The notes beneath the pieces were generated by a model. The model saw nothing but the letters and a program-made list of their open reading frames with translations. It was not told where the DNA came from and made no database searches. Source: the human T2T-CHM13v2.0 reference genome, Homo sapiens. From it: a DNA stretch of 64,000 nucleotides. The stretch lies in the NCBI RefSeq assembly GCF_009914755.1, contig NC_060930.1. The stretch is one strand, 5' to 3'. The position numbers and the translations under genes were made by a program. Each line of letters starts with the position of its first letter. The first letter of the stretch is position 1. Shown piece after piece: positions 26,457-43,842 of the stretch.

Positions 26457-26752
26457 TTTCTTTTTTTTTTTGAGATGGAGTCTTGCTCTATTGCCCAGGC
26501 TGAAGGGCAGTGGCGCGATCTCGGCTCACTGCAACCTCTGCCTCCCAGGTTCAGGCAACTCTCCTGCCTCAGCCTCCTGAGTAGCTGAGATTACAGGCAC
26601 TTGCCAACACACCCAGCTAATTTTTGTATTTTTAGTAGAGACAGGGTTTTGACATGTTGACCAGGCTGGTCTCAAACTCCTGACCTCAGGTAATCCACCC
26701 ACCTCAGCCTCCCAAGTGCCGGGATTACAGGCATGAGCCACCGCAGCTGGCC
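26457..26752 (-). mobile_element. AluS
   Basis: Full dimer, reverse; TSD aacaaagactt at 26446-26456 and 26753-26763. Confidence 0.95.
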
Positions 26753-26765
26753 AACAAAGACTTCC

Positions 26766-29212
26766 TGTGCTAATCACAGATATACCAAATGAAATTGTCC
26801 CTTTCTGCCCTTTCCCTTCTCCATCAAGGGATGAAATATAATTTTCCTCTCCTTGAATCTATGTAGACTTATGACACACTTGACACCAATCAAATGTAGC
26901 AGATATGATGCTGGACAACTTCTGAGGCTCAATGATTACAAGCAATTAATTCATCCTCTTTCTCACTTGCTTGAACTCCCACACTGGATCTCTGAACTGC
27001 AATTGCAGCAGTTCAACTGCCCTGCAGCCACCATGCTGCAAGAAAGCCCAGACTAAAGCACACAAGGAAACCAATGGAGAAACACTAAGACTACATGAAG
27101 AGCCACGGAGAGGTGCAGCCCTCTGTTCCAGCTTCCGTCGCCGTCTGACTGCAACTTATAAAACCCACAGCTAGAACTGCATAGTCAAATCCTTCCCCAA
27201 TTCCAGACTGGCTGAAACCATGAGGTAACAAAATAATTGTTATCATTTTGATCATAAATTGTTATGCAGATATAGATAACCGGAACTGAAAGTGGAGTGC
27301 CATAATATACATCAAAAATACACGACTTTGGGTTTGGGATCAGGCAAAAGCTGGAAGAAACCTGTGAACTATTAACAAAAGCCTAAAGGGCCTGGAGAAA
27401 AACTTAGCAGAATTTTAAAAGGTCTCAAGGAGGCTGTCAGTCAAAACCTGGAGGAAAGTGAGAAGATGATATCAGAAGGTTAAGGAAAAGAGATCCTTTC
27501 ATGCGGTGAGAGAAACCTAAGCAGAGCTGTCATCTGAGGTAACATGGAAAATAGAAAATGTATCTAACGAACTGGATGATCTATCTAAGGAGATTTCCAG
27601 GCAATGTTGAGATGGCTGCCTAGTTTCTTCCAGCCACCTATAATAAAATGAAAAGAAAGACATGAACTAAAAAACAAATTATTCAGTTTGAATTGAATTT
27701 GAAGAATTTGCAAAGATCCCAAAAGTAGTCTTTTCAGCTCGCAAAATTTTCCAAAATAAGAATGTGTCTCAGGCCAAAAATCAAATCCAAAATGTGACTA
27801 TGAGATTATCAGAAAGAGTTAAAGCGGACCCTCAAAACACTTTTCAGACAGACAAAAAGGATCCAAAGGGCCTTAAGGGCATGCCTCATGGATCTTTTCA
27901 ATTAAACAAAAGGGTTTTTAAGAATCATAAAAGCATTGCCCCTCAGCAGTCTCACAGGTAAATCCAAAATAGAAAAGGGTGTATCCGAAAGAGATATGTG
28001 GGTATGGCTTTTGGCAAATGAGATAAATCGTAAATTAATGCACAGAAAACCTACACAATTTTAAGAATTGTATTAGAGAAAATTCAAAATTAAAAGAGGC
28101 CATTGGATTCTGAAACTTCTAAAGGCAGAAAGCAGGAAGAGAAAACTAATCAACAGCAAACACAAGAGACTTTAATTAGAAGAGGAAAGATGACTCCAAA
28201 GATAGAAACAGGAGCCTAGGTAGAGGACCAAGCCACATAAAGAAGAACTCACAGGAAGTAGAAATAAAATCTAATCAAAGAACTGTAATTGTGTGTCTGG
28301 CTAGATTCCAGAATTGCCACAGATCAGTGACAGCTGTGTGCCTCCCTTTTGCCCCCTCTTTGAGTGGGAGTGTCCACTGCAGCTCTTGTACACCGGTTCC
28401 ACCACTGTACATTGGGTCTACGTGGGGAAGAGAAGACCTCTCTTTGGCTCATAGGTTTTCAGGCAGAGAGCAGTATTTAAGGGACCAAATCCAAACACAT
28501 GACAATCTTTAATTGCCAGTGAACCTGATTTAAATGAAGAGATCCTGACCTTTGAGCCGAAGCATGATGCTGTAATGGGATGAGAATTTTGGTAGGTCTT
28601 GGGAGGGAGGATGAGTGTATTTTGCATGTAGGAGAGATGTAAATAGAGGTCAGAGGTCGCTCTGTGGCAGACTATACTTTTCAAAGATGACCGCAAGGAT
28701 ATATTTCATTCCATTTGCTCTTATACAGTACTACCACCTTCCATCAAGAGGAGAGGTCTGATTTGTCTTTTTGTGAATCTAGGTGGGCTTGTAACTCTAA
28801 CTCACAAACTCACTTAAAACCAATAGAATGATGTAGAAATGACATCGAGTGACTTCTGAGTGTAGGTGATACAAGGTTTTCCTCTTCAATCCTGTTCATT
28901 GAAAGCCTAAACTGTTCTATGAAGCAGGTTGACTATACTAAGGTTGCCATACTGGGAGGAAGTCCAAACTAGCCCACACAGAGAGATCACATGGAGAATT
29001 CCTAAGTCCTTATGGAAAGAGAGAGAGAGAGAGCTAGTTAGTCTCAACTGCTTTAGCTCCAGCCACCATTTGACTGCATGCAACCACATGAAAGACCCTG
29101 AGCCAGGACATCCCCTTCAAGCCCTTCATGAATTTCTGTCCCACAGAAACAATGTGAGATAATAAAGTAGTAGGTGAAAGACACACTTTTGGGTAGCAAC
29201 AGATACCTGACT
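26766..29212 (+). mobile_element. MLT1G/H-type MaLR provirus (LTR ~26766-27285, internal, LTR 28663-29212)
   Basis: Two homologous LTRs (ccatcaag...ttgaatct...accaat..aatg...cttctgag) flanking MaLR internal sequence that ends in a purine-rich tract before tgtggcagact. Confidence 0.7.
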
Positions 29213-29259
29213 ACCCAGCCTTCCTTATCTCAACAGCATTACCAACCAAGTTTTCTTTT

Positions 29260-30057
29260 TACTCCATATGCAAAGCATTAGAAACTACAGCCCATTCAAC
29301 TTCTAAAATATAAACTGAAGCCTAATACTTCTCATTTTCTCTCCTACTTCCTTAGTCCACATAACTATGATCTTTTCTCTGGCAAACTCCTATCTATTCT
29401 CCCAGCTTCCATACTTGCCTCCATAAAATCTATTCTTCATACAGCCCACAGAGTAATCATTTAGAATGGAAGTTATGTCACTTATCTTCCTGCTTAAAAC
29501 CTTCCAAGTTTTTGCCTTGCAGTTGAAATAAAATCTTAATTCTTTTTCATGGTCTAAAGGTGTTACATGATCTGTCTGTGAGTCACACTGTAACCCCATC
29601 TCATGTGGCTCTCTTTCTTGTTCACGCTTATCTAGCTTTACTCAACTAGCTTGTGTTTTTTGAACAAACCAAGTGCTTTCCTAGCTTGGGGGTTTTCATT
29701 CATTTTCCCTTTGGAATGGAAATATCTTCATGTAGATCCTCCTGCTGTTGACTTCTCTTTATCATTCGTACCAAATTCAAAGGGTATCTTCTTAAAAAGA
29801 CTTTCTCTGACCACTCTTTAATGCCATCTGCTCATATCTCACATCCACCTCAGTCACTGTTTCATTACTGCATTTTATTTTCTTCATAGTATGCATGACA
29901 ATTTGAAATTATTAATTTGTTCACTTCATTTTTGGTCTCCTCCTAAATTAGATTATATGTGTCATGAAAGAATATTTACTCTTCTACCTACCATTTAGAA
30001 TATTGCCTAACATATAGCTGAGACACATTATTTGTTAAGTGAAGGAAGGAGTGAATG
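29260..30057 (+). mobile_element. L2 3' fragment
   Basis: cttcctgcttaaaaccttccaa, ctttctctgaccactct and terminal tatttgttaagtgaaggaaggagtgaat. Confidence 0.7.
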
Positions 30058-31355
30058 TTATTCCCATGACCTCCACTCTTTTAGAGTAACTGTAGCAGAC
30101 ACTGCTAATTGGCTGCCCTAAACCTATTAACAAAATCTTACTTCCTGCCTATTTCTCAATGATTGCTCTGCAGGTAGCCATGTGACCCAACTCTAGACAA
30201 TGTGAGGTAAGTGGATAATACTGCATGGCAATTCTTAGAAAACTTTTTTAAAGATAAAATTTCTTTGACAAAAACTTCTAGTTTTTCACTCCTTCTTGTT
30301 CTTGACAAGAATAAGTAATGTAAGACCAGGAAATGGAACAACCATCCTGCAGTCATAAATACAAACCCATATGCTAAGGATGGCAAAAACGAATAATGGT
30401 ATAAAACAACTGTCACTGAAGGGGGAAAATGTACTGACCTAAATAACTTTGGAAATGAGTGGATTGTGTAAGACTAAAAGCAAAAGGAACTGCATATAAG
30501 CACTATACTCTTGAAGGTAAAGTTGTGTCTCATAGAGGTGTTGCTTAACAAATCTGTTATTGTTACACATGTATACTGGTATTGAACAATTAAGTAAATA
30601 GATGGCAGATGGTAGGAACCAGGTTTCTCAATGTTGGAGTAGGAAGCTAGAGATAAGCAAGGGGAGGAAAGTATAATGATTCATTTGGTAATATCTTTAT
30701 GGACTCATGTTTAGCTTAATATATGCAGATACACACAAAAATATTTATAAATGTGTGTGTGCATATGGGATGCTATATATGCATATATTATTTTTTGCCC
30801 TGACATCTGAAAAGGCCTACAAGCAAGAACACCCCAGTAGCAATGAGCACATCTAGGCTTCAGATCTTGGTTACTAACACCATTCTCCAAAAGAACAAGG
30901 GTTCTTTGGAGAAATGGTTGCTTTTAGGACTAGGATAAGAAATGTACAAGAAGCCTGGAGTATTCTGTAATGCCAGAAAGGAAATATTTGAAAAAACAAA
31001 CAAAACAAAGCACACACAAACATTGATGAAGTATGTCAATAATACATAGGACCCAACTGAAAGAGTCTCACTGGCGAAATCTGGAAAAATTTGGAGCAAA
31101 AACTTAATAACATAGTATTAGATTATAACCCTATGTACAAAATATTCATGAGTCCGGGGGCAGTTCCAAGATGGCCGAATAGGAACAGCTCCAGTCTATA
31201 CAGCTCCCAGCATGAGGAACACAGAAGACGGGTGATTTCTGCATTTCCAACTGAGGTACCGGGTTCATCTCACTGGGGCTTATCAGACAGTGGGTGCAGG
31301 ACAGTGGGTGCAGTGCACTGAGCATGAGCTGAAGCAGGGCAAGGCATTACTTCAC

Positions 31356-31610
31356 TCAGGAAGCACAAGGGGTCAGGGAATTCCCTTTCCTAGCCAAGCA
31401 AAGCTGTGACAGACAGCACCTGGAAAATTGGGTCACTCCCACCCTAATACTGCGCTTTTCCAATGGTCTTAGCAAACAGCACACCAGGAGATTATATCCC
31501 GCGCATGGCTCAGAGGGTCCCACGCCCACAGAGCCTCGCTCATTGCTAGCACAGCAGTCTGAGGTCAAACTGCAAGGTGGCAACGAGGCTGGGGAAGGGG
31601 CGCCCGCCAT
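31356..31610 (-). CDS. L1 ORF0 (antisense), open, 84 aa
   Basis: MAGAPSPASLPPCSLTSDCCASNERGSVGVGPSEP... matches primate L1 ORF0; ATG at 31610; expression unproven. Confidence 0.65.
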   Translation of the reverse strand: MAGAPSPASLPPCSLTSDCCASNERGSVGVGPSEPCAGYNLLVCCLLRPLEKRSIRVGVTQFSRCCLSQLCLARKGNSLTPCAS

Positions 31611-32183
31611 TGCTGAGGCTTGAGTAGGTAAACAAAGTGGCCAGGAAGCTTGAACTGGGTGGACCCCACCACAGCTCAAGGAGGCGTGCTGCCTCAGTAG
31701 ACTCCACCTCTGTGGGCAGGACATAGCCAAACAAAAGGCAGAAGAAACCTCTGCAGACTTAAACGTCCCTGTCAGACAGCTTTGAAGTGAGTACTGGTTC
31801 TTCCTTCATGGAGTTTGAGATCTGAGAACGGACAGACTGCCTTCTCAAGTGGGTTCCTGACCCCTGAGTAGCCTAACTGGGAGGCACCCCCTAGTAGGGG
31901 CAGACTGACAACTCACATGGCTGGGTACCCCTCTCAGACGAAACTTCCAGAGGAATGATCAGGCAGCAACATTGCTGTTCAGCAATATTCACTGTTCTGC
32001 GGCCTCCGCTGCTGATACCCAGGCAAACAGGGTCTGGAGTGGACCTCCAGCAAACTCCAACAGACCTGCAGCTGAGGGTCCTGACTGTTAGAAGGAAAAC
32101 TAACAAACCAAAAGGACATCCACACCAAAACCCCATCTGTACGTCACGATCATCAAAGACCAAAGGTAGATAAAAACACAAAG

Positions 32184-33207
32184 ATGGGGAAAAAACAGAG
32201 CAGAAAAACTGAAAATTCTAAAAATCAGAGTGCCTCTCCTCCTCCAAAGGAACACAGCTCCTCACCAGCAATGGAGCAAAGCTGGACGGAGAATGACTCT
32301 GATGAGTTGAGAGAAGAAGGCTTCAGACAATCAAACTTCTCTGAGCTAAAGGGGGAAGTTCGAACCCATCGCAAAGAAGTTAAAAAACCTTGAAAAAAGG
32401 TTAGACAAATGGCTAACTAGAATAACCAATGTAGAGAAGTCCTTAAATGACCTGAAGGAGCCGAAAACAATGGCACAAGAACTACATGATGAATGCACAA
32501 GCTTCAGTAGTCAATTTGATCCACTGGAAGAAAGGGTATCAGTGATTGAAGATCAAATGAATGAAATGAAGTGAGAAGAGAAGTTTAGAGAAAAAAGAAT
32601 AAAAAGAAATGAACAAAGCCTCCAAGAAATATGGGACTACGTGAAAAGACCAAATCTATGTCGATTGGTGTACCTGAAAGTGACAGGAAGAATGGAACCA
32701 AGTTGGAAAACACTCTGCAGGATATTATCAAGGAGAACTTCCCCAACATAGCTAGGCAGGCCAACATTCAAATTCAGGAAACACAGAAAATGCCACAAAG
32801 ATATTCCTCGAGAAGAGCCACTCTAAGACACATAACTGTCAGATTCACCAAAGTTGAAATGAAGGAAAAAATGTTAAGGGCAGCCAGAGAGAAAGGTTGC
32901 GTTACCCACAAAGGAAAGCCCATCAGACAAATAGCGGATCTCTTGGCAGAAACTCTACAAGCCAGAAGAGAGTGGGGGCCAATATTCAACATTCTTAAAG
33001 AAAAGAATTTTCAACACAGAATTTCATATCCAGCCAAACTAAGCTTCATAAGTGAAGGAGAAATAAAATCCTTTACAGATAAGCAAATGCTGAGAGATTT
33101 TGTCACCACCAGGCCTGCCCTAAAAGAGTTCCTGAAGGAAGCACTAAACATGGAAAGTGGAAAGGAAGAAATGGTACCAGCCACTGCAAAAACATGCCAA
33201 GTTGTAA
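32184..33207 (+). pseudogene. L1 ORF1p, frameshifted
   Basis: Pieces MGKKQSRKTENSKNQ... and IGVPESD...YPAKLSFISEGEIKSF are broken by frameshifts/stops; 7-bp tggaaag duplication near 33151. Confidence 0.92.
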
Positions 33208-33270
33208 GGACCATTGATGCTAGGAAGAAACTGCATCAACTAATGAGCAAAATAACCAGCTAACATCATA

Positions 33271-37085
<3,815 letters not shown>

Positions 37086-37643
37086 ACAATGAGAACACTT
37101 GGACACAGGAAGAGGAACATTACACACCAGGGCCTGTTGTGGGGTGGGGGGAGGGGGAGGGATAGCATTAGGAGATATACCTAATGTAAATGATGAGTTA
37201 ATGGGTGCAGCACACCAACATGGCACATGTATACATATGTAACAAACCTGCACATTGTGCACATGTACCCTAGAACTTAAAGTATGATAAAAAATATATA
37301 TATATAAACAAAACAAAATATTCATGAGTCCATACTGAGATAAAGAAATGATTGAATAAATAAATAAATAAATAAATAAATAAGGGAAAATAGACAAATA
37401 TCCCAGGCAGGAGAATTCCAAATATTTTATATGGATATTGACCCCTTCAAGGAGATGGACCTTAATTCCTCACACTTTACATGTGACATGTGCATAATGA
37501 CTTCCTTCCAAAGGGTACAGTACGGAAAGGTGGGAAAAATTTAGCTTTCCAGTTGAGAAGCTTAGCAAACACTACCTTAATCAGGTAATCAAAGTCAACA
37601 TCAAAAAGTGATAAGTCATGTGGATAGCATGTACCACTGATAT

Positions 37644-38336
37644 TGATGCAGGATTTTTCTTGGCCACTTTCCCTTCTGGAGACCTCCAGCTGACAAAACC
37701 TCTGCCCAGGCCCTCCTTGGGCCCAGTTTCATTGCTGGAGATGCCCAGTCTACTCAGGCCACTGGGCTGCACCTGGCTTGCACTCTAATGCAAATCGCGT
37801 GGCCACTGCAACTGCACACTCAGCCCCCTGCATTTGATGGGTCCCAAGTTCTTGTCCCATGTCCAAGAAGAATAAGTTTACACTAACAATTAAAGGGTGA
37901 GGAAGGTGGAGAATAGTTTTATTGAGCAGCAAAACAGCTCTCAGTGTAGAGAGGACACGAGGGTTGGCCCCAACTCGAAGTTGGGTGGTCTCACTCTCCT
38001 TGTGCCTGGGCCAGGGCTTTTATGGACTCAGAATGGGAAGTGCATGCTAATTCGTTTGTGAGTATGCAAAAAAGGCTAAAACAAAGGCGCCATTCAAAGG
38101 TGGCCATGGCAGTGTAAAAAATTAATTAGGGAAAGGTAGGTATATGTAAAATAGGTGAAGGGTGAAGATCAATCAGAGGAAAGCAAGCCAAATGGGAAGA
38201 GAGTTTCTCAATCTGGTCTGTGGATTTGACTCATGGCTTGGTTTTCAGGCTTTAAACTGTCTTCAGCTTGAAGGTCAAGGTTCACTGGGGACCCGCCCCA
38301 TCTGCCTACACATTTGTCTGCCTCCTGCCACTATGA
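37644..38336 (-). mobile_element. ERV1 solo LTR (MER50-like)
   Basis: tgatgcagga...ctgcctcctgccactatga termini, 4-bp TSD atat both sides; minus-strand cataaaag TATA-like and aataaa signals. Confidence 0.75.
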
Positions 38337-41212
38337 ATATGATATGATGTGAATAGCACTTTACCTCTGTAGTCTTCCTCCCAAAATTCCATAACTCCAG
38401 TCTAATAATGAGAAGAACATCAGACAAATCACTATTGAGGAACAATCTATAAAATTCTGGACCAGTGCTCCTCAAAACTTTCAAGATCATCAAAAATATT
38501 GTACATCTAAAAAAAATGACAAAGTAAGTGTAATATGGTATCCTGGAACTCTAATAGGACATTAGGAAACAACTAAGATAATCCAAATACAATATAATAA
38601 TACTGATGTATCAATTTTTTTTTCAGTTGTGACAAATGTGCATACTAACATAATACATTAACAACAGGAGGAATTGGATGTGAAGTATATGAGCATCCTC
38701 TGCACTATCTTTGCAATTTTTCTGCAAAACTAAAACTATTCCAAAATTAAAAACGTATTTAAAAGAAAAGCAATTATGGAAGGAACTGAGTACTGTTGAC
38801 ATCATAGAGTTGCTGTACCAATCCTGGCTTGCCTGTCACTGTACTTCTTGCATCATGTGAATTCCTATGTTGTTAAATTACTTTGATAGAATATTCTAAT
38901 TCTCCCTGTTAGAGCAAAGCAATGATAAATGAATATACTGAGTCTCAGAGGTGTGAGAAGAGAATGACAGGACTGAAAAAAAGGAAGAGGCATAGAAAAA
39001 ACTAAGCTTTTTCAGAAGCAAGGCCATTGTCTCATTTACCCAGATTCTAATGTCATAATTATGACTAAGTTACGCTTTTTTTTAAACTGAAAGAAGTAGT
39101 CACTTTCCACAGTTAAAGAAAAACTCTAATTGTTGTCTGTTGTATTATTAAACATGATATGAAAAAACATGAAGATTAGAATCTAGAGATATTTGGAGGT
39201 GGCAAATGGGGTTCGCTGAATTATTCTTGTTTGTCAATCTTGAAGCCCTTACTATCTGGAGAGCAAAAAGAGGTGATGAACCCTGCTGTTTGTTTGCTTA
39301 TCTTTGAGATATTATGCATCTCTAAACAGGAGCTACAGAATTCTCTAAACAGGAGCTACAGAGGCCCAGTTCATGAGTGGATGTCTCATGAGACTCCCCA
39401 GAAAGGGTCTAGGCCCCTCTTGCTGTTTGGGTGGTTCAACCAAGGTCAAGAATGCCACATTCAAATCATCACTTAAAGAAGCAAAGAAATGAGCTTAAGT
39501 TAGAAACAAGATACCTCTATCTGAAGGGAAGTATAATCAGCAAAAGAGAAACACAATAAGATCAGAAGTAGAAAAGCAGAATGTGGTAACCAAGTGAAGC
39601 TCGAGGTAACCCCAGCAGTGAGGGTGTGGTGAAGCAGAGGGATCATGATTTTTGTTTCCGGGCAAATAAGAAAGAACACCCAAAACCAGATCCCGGCAAA
39701 GAGTTAGTATCTGTTTGCTTTCGGTTATACTTCGCCTTCTAGAAGCCTGTGAAGATCATCTCCACATCATCCCCATAAGATTTTAAAGGGGCAACTGTGG
39801 TCCAAAACTTTGATACCCTAGGAATGGAAGGGGTTCTGGAGACAAACTTAGTATTTTACTTCCTTTCTCAGAAAGCCCCATGGCTCATTTCATAAATTAT
39901 AAACTTGGCATTATATATTTAATTGTAATTTCTTCCTCGGCCTATGTAAAGTTCAATCTGAAACAATTTCAGAGTGTTTCATTTTAATGACTGAAATGTG
40001 TATTCAATTCCTATAAAAATCCAAAGCTCCATTCCAAATGTAGTTGACATTCTCCAGCACATCATTTAAATTTCTCTTAGTAATTTTGTGCCTTCTGTGA
40101 GACAGTGATATTACATTGCCTCAAGGCATTTTGCATATTTTGTTGATTTTAACATTTAAAGTCCTGGTGGTTTCTACACTCTCATTATGCCCCTGTTCAT
40201 GTCCCAAATTTCCCTCCACTCCTCACTAGGAAGCAGTGAGAAGGTTTAAATAATTTGTGTGATTTTTAAAAAGCAATTTCTCTGGGATGGGGACAATTGA
40301 GAGTCTGAGATGGAAGTATTGATGAAGATATCAGAATTCAGGGAAACTTGTTCTGGTTATGATGGCTATGAGGAAAAATAATGGGATCATTCTACCTATG
40401 ATGTAGATGTCCTAAAAATAAAATGGAAGCCGAAGACTACAATCACTTTAAGCATTTAGGGAAAGGAAAAAATTAAAGATTAAACTTTCACAGGTAAACC
40501 CTGTTGAGTGGAGAATAAATATTTGGATGAAAACAGCTAACAAGAATATGCTAATTTGACCCAAAGGCAGTGCCAAGAGCCATTATGTCTATCAAATTTT
40601 TCTAGAGAGTTCTATTCCAATGTATTAGTCTGAAAAGCAAGGCCCTAGCTCATGTCTGCTTATTACTTATATATATTTTACTTTATATATTTTATATTAT
40701 AATATCTAGACTATGACTATAATTATCTGGTCTATAATATGTAGGCTATGTTTCTAAATAGTATGTAGAGGGGAGACATTATGAGTGGGTCCAAATCCTA
40801 TCCCATCTTCAATAAATAAAATATTTATCTAACTTAAGAAGTCGTAGTGAGAATGAAATGGATAATACATTTACACTCCATAAGATGCAGTGTTAAATAA
40901 ATGCTAGTCATTATTAATGATTATTACCACTGGCCAGTAGAAGTCATACAGTTCGGGTAACAATGCTAGTCATTTTTATATATTATTAATAAGCCATTTA
41001 AACCACCCTCAAGTGTAATCATTACCATTTCTATAAAAAAAATTGAGCTTCAGAGAGTCAAATTACTTTTCCATTGCCACCTAGCAAATAACTGATAAAG
41101 TCAGATTTAACTCATATCTGGTTCATTCCAAACCTCATTCTCTTTCAACTATGTCATTGCTTCTTCAAAAACAATGCAATTTAACATAAACAGAAAATAG
41201 CACACATATTCA

Positions 41213-41627
<415 letters not shown>

Positions 41628-42216
41628 CATCTCAAAATACTTTTAGCTGTTAAACCTAGATGCTTTTTGGCTAACTATTGAAAATCAGGGATCTCACTTT
41701 TTGGTATGTATGTCTTCATTTGTTAGATGAAATTTAGTTAAGGGAGGGATCTTGTTCTTTATTAGACATCTCCCACCCATAGACTCACAGACTAATACCC
41801 AGACAGGTCAAAAGTGCTCCTTGTAGACTCTGCTTTATTCATGTTTGTGTCTCCCAACACTATATGTAACATATATGGGCACCCAAAAAATGCCCATGGC
41901 ATGAAAACAGCCATCAAGTGTTCTTAGGAGTACTTGAGCAGGGAAGATTTGTGTGGCAAGAAAACATTTAGCACATGGTGTGTGCAGCAAATATGAAGCA
42001 ACAAGAGCTTTGCGTAGCTCTTTGGCGACTTAGAAGTTAACACTTTTCTTTCCTCTACAACCAGAATAAACTTCAAATTCATCTATCCAAGCCCCATGTA
42101 ATTATGTTTACTACTATTTTATTGAGTTACAGCTCAAAACAGAGAGAAGAGACTGATACTATTATATCTGGAATGTTAAATACTATGAATTGGTTCAAAA
42201 CTCTGTTGTAGCAGAA

Positions 42217-42266
42217 ATCATCATCAACATCACCACCACCACCATCGTCATCATCATCAGTATCAT
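42217..42266. repeat. (CAT)n/(CAC)n compound trinucleotide repeat
   Basis: Directly visible. Confidence 0.85.
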
Positions 42267-43842
42267 GTTACAACTAGTTGCTCACTGCATCATCTTTTGA
42301 ATTCCATTCAGTGAGAAAATTATAAAATAAGAAAACCTTTTGGAAAAGGCAAAGGAAGCCCTGCTTAAGGTTTTGTCACAGGGAAGAGCAATCGAGTCTC
42401 TAAAATAAAATTACCACAAGAAACAGAAGCAGTGGTTTGGCTTGGAGGAAAAGAAAAGAAAATAGATTTTGATTTGTGAATTGGAAAAACTGGAACAAGA
42501 GCTGACCAAGAGCAGACTCGCATTCCGGGAGAGTAAATGCACCTAAAGAGCTGTACCCCTCACAGCCCTGGCCAGTTTTTGCATGGAGTTCTTTGACAGA
42601 CTGTCTCTGGAGGGGTGGGCTTATCCCTTCTCGTGATGCTGGAAATATCTGCACTAGCAGCCATCAGAATAGTGGAAATTGATTAATCCAACCAGACTCT
42701 CTGAACTTGACCATCAGCACTGCTAATTATTTACTATGAGCAATTCTTCTGCTTTCTATGATCTTACACAATTTACTTAGCATCTCTGTGTCCCTATTTT
42801 CTCATCTGTAAAATGGGGTTAATAATGATTCCTATGTCATGTCTGTTGCACAAGCTAAGGTACTCAAATACTCACTGTTACTATCACCTATTTTTCACTG
42901 TACACAACATATTATGCAATGACAGTGCTTTAGTATTATAATTTTACAAATGCTTTAGCCTTTTGAGCCTAAAACAGTTTTGGCCTTGAACTTCCCTGAT
43001 TCCACACTGAGGAAGTGGGAGGGGATTTCTCTCTTTAAAGACCCATCTCTCCTGGGCTGTAGGAGAAAAGCCTTCCCTCTGTTTCTGACACCAATTCTCA
43101 GGCCTAGTGACCTAGAAAGTGCCAGAGCGCCTCAGAAACTGACAGTGTGGTGGGTGCAGGTCATTTCCCAACTTCAGAATATGCACTTGGGTGTTAGTAC
43201 CAGCTCTGAGATCTGGGGGTGCACAGGATGGCTACATAAAAAGATTCCTGGGCACATAAAGAGAGTTCTTGACGAGGGTAGGCACCTGCTAGACCATTAA
43301 GCTTTAATCACATCCCCATGTGTAATAGATACTCCTCACCCAATGATGCAGGCACAGAAAAATAAATAGTAGCATTAAATATTTATTCCATAAGGAGCAG
43401 AGTTACTTTTTTATGAAGGGCAAAAAAAGGAGTATTGCCAAGGTCAAGAGAGGAGAACAATATATAATTCTCCTATGGACCACTGATAATGAATGTCTCC
43501 TATATGTAACATTTTGATCAAGGAAAAAAGGACAAAACCCCTACAAGTTCTTTTGCAGTACCAGATCCTTTTTTTTTCTTAAATTGTGAATCCTATAGAT
43601 TATTTTATGTTTTAGCATAGCATGTTTTAAATTTTCAGCAACTGCTAATTATGGTTAGAGACAGGAACTTAGAATAGCAATGTGTGATATTTGACTTTTT
43701 AAAGAAATATAGAAGATATCTTTACCCTTTGAGTAGATTTTATTTGTTTAAATTCCAAAGTATTTGGAAAAATGTAAAACTAGAAAAACAAAAAAATCCT
43801 ATATCTGTTCATTATTTCCTTCCTCCTGATGAGTCATCTTGT

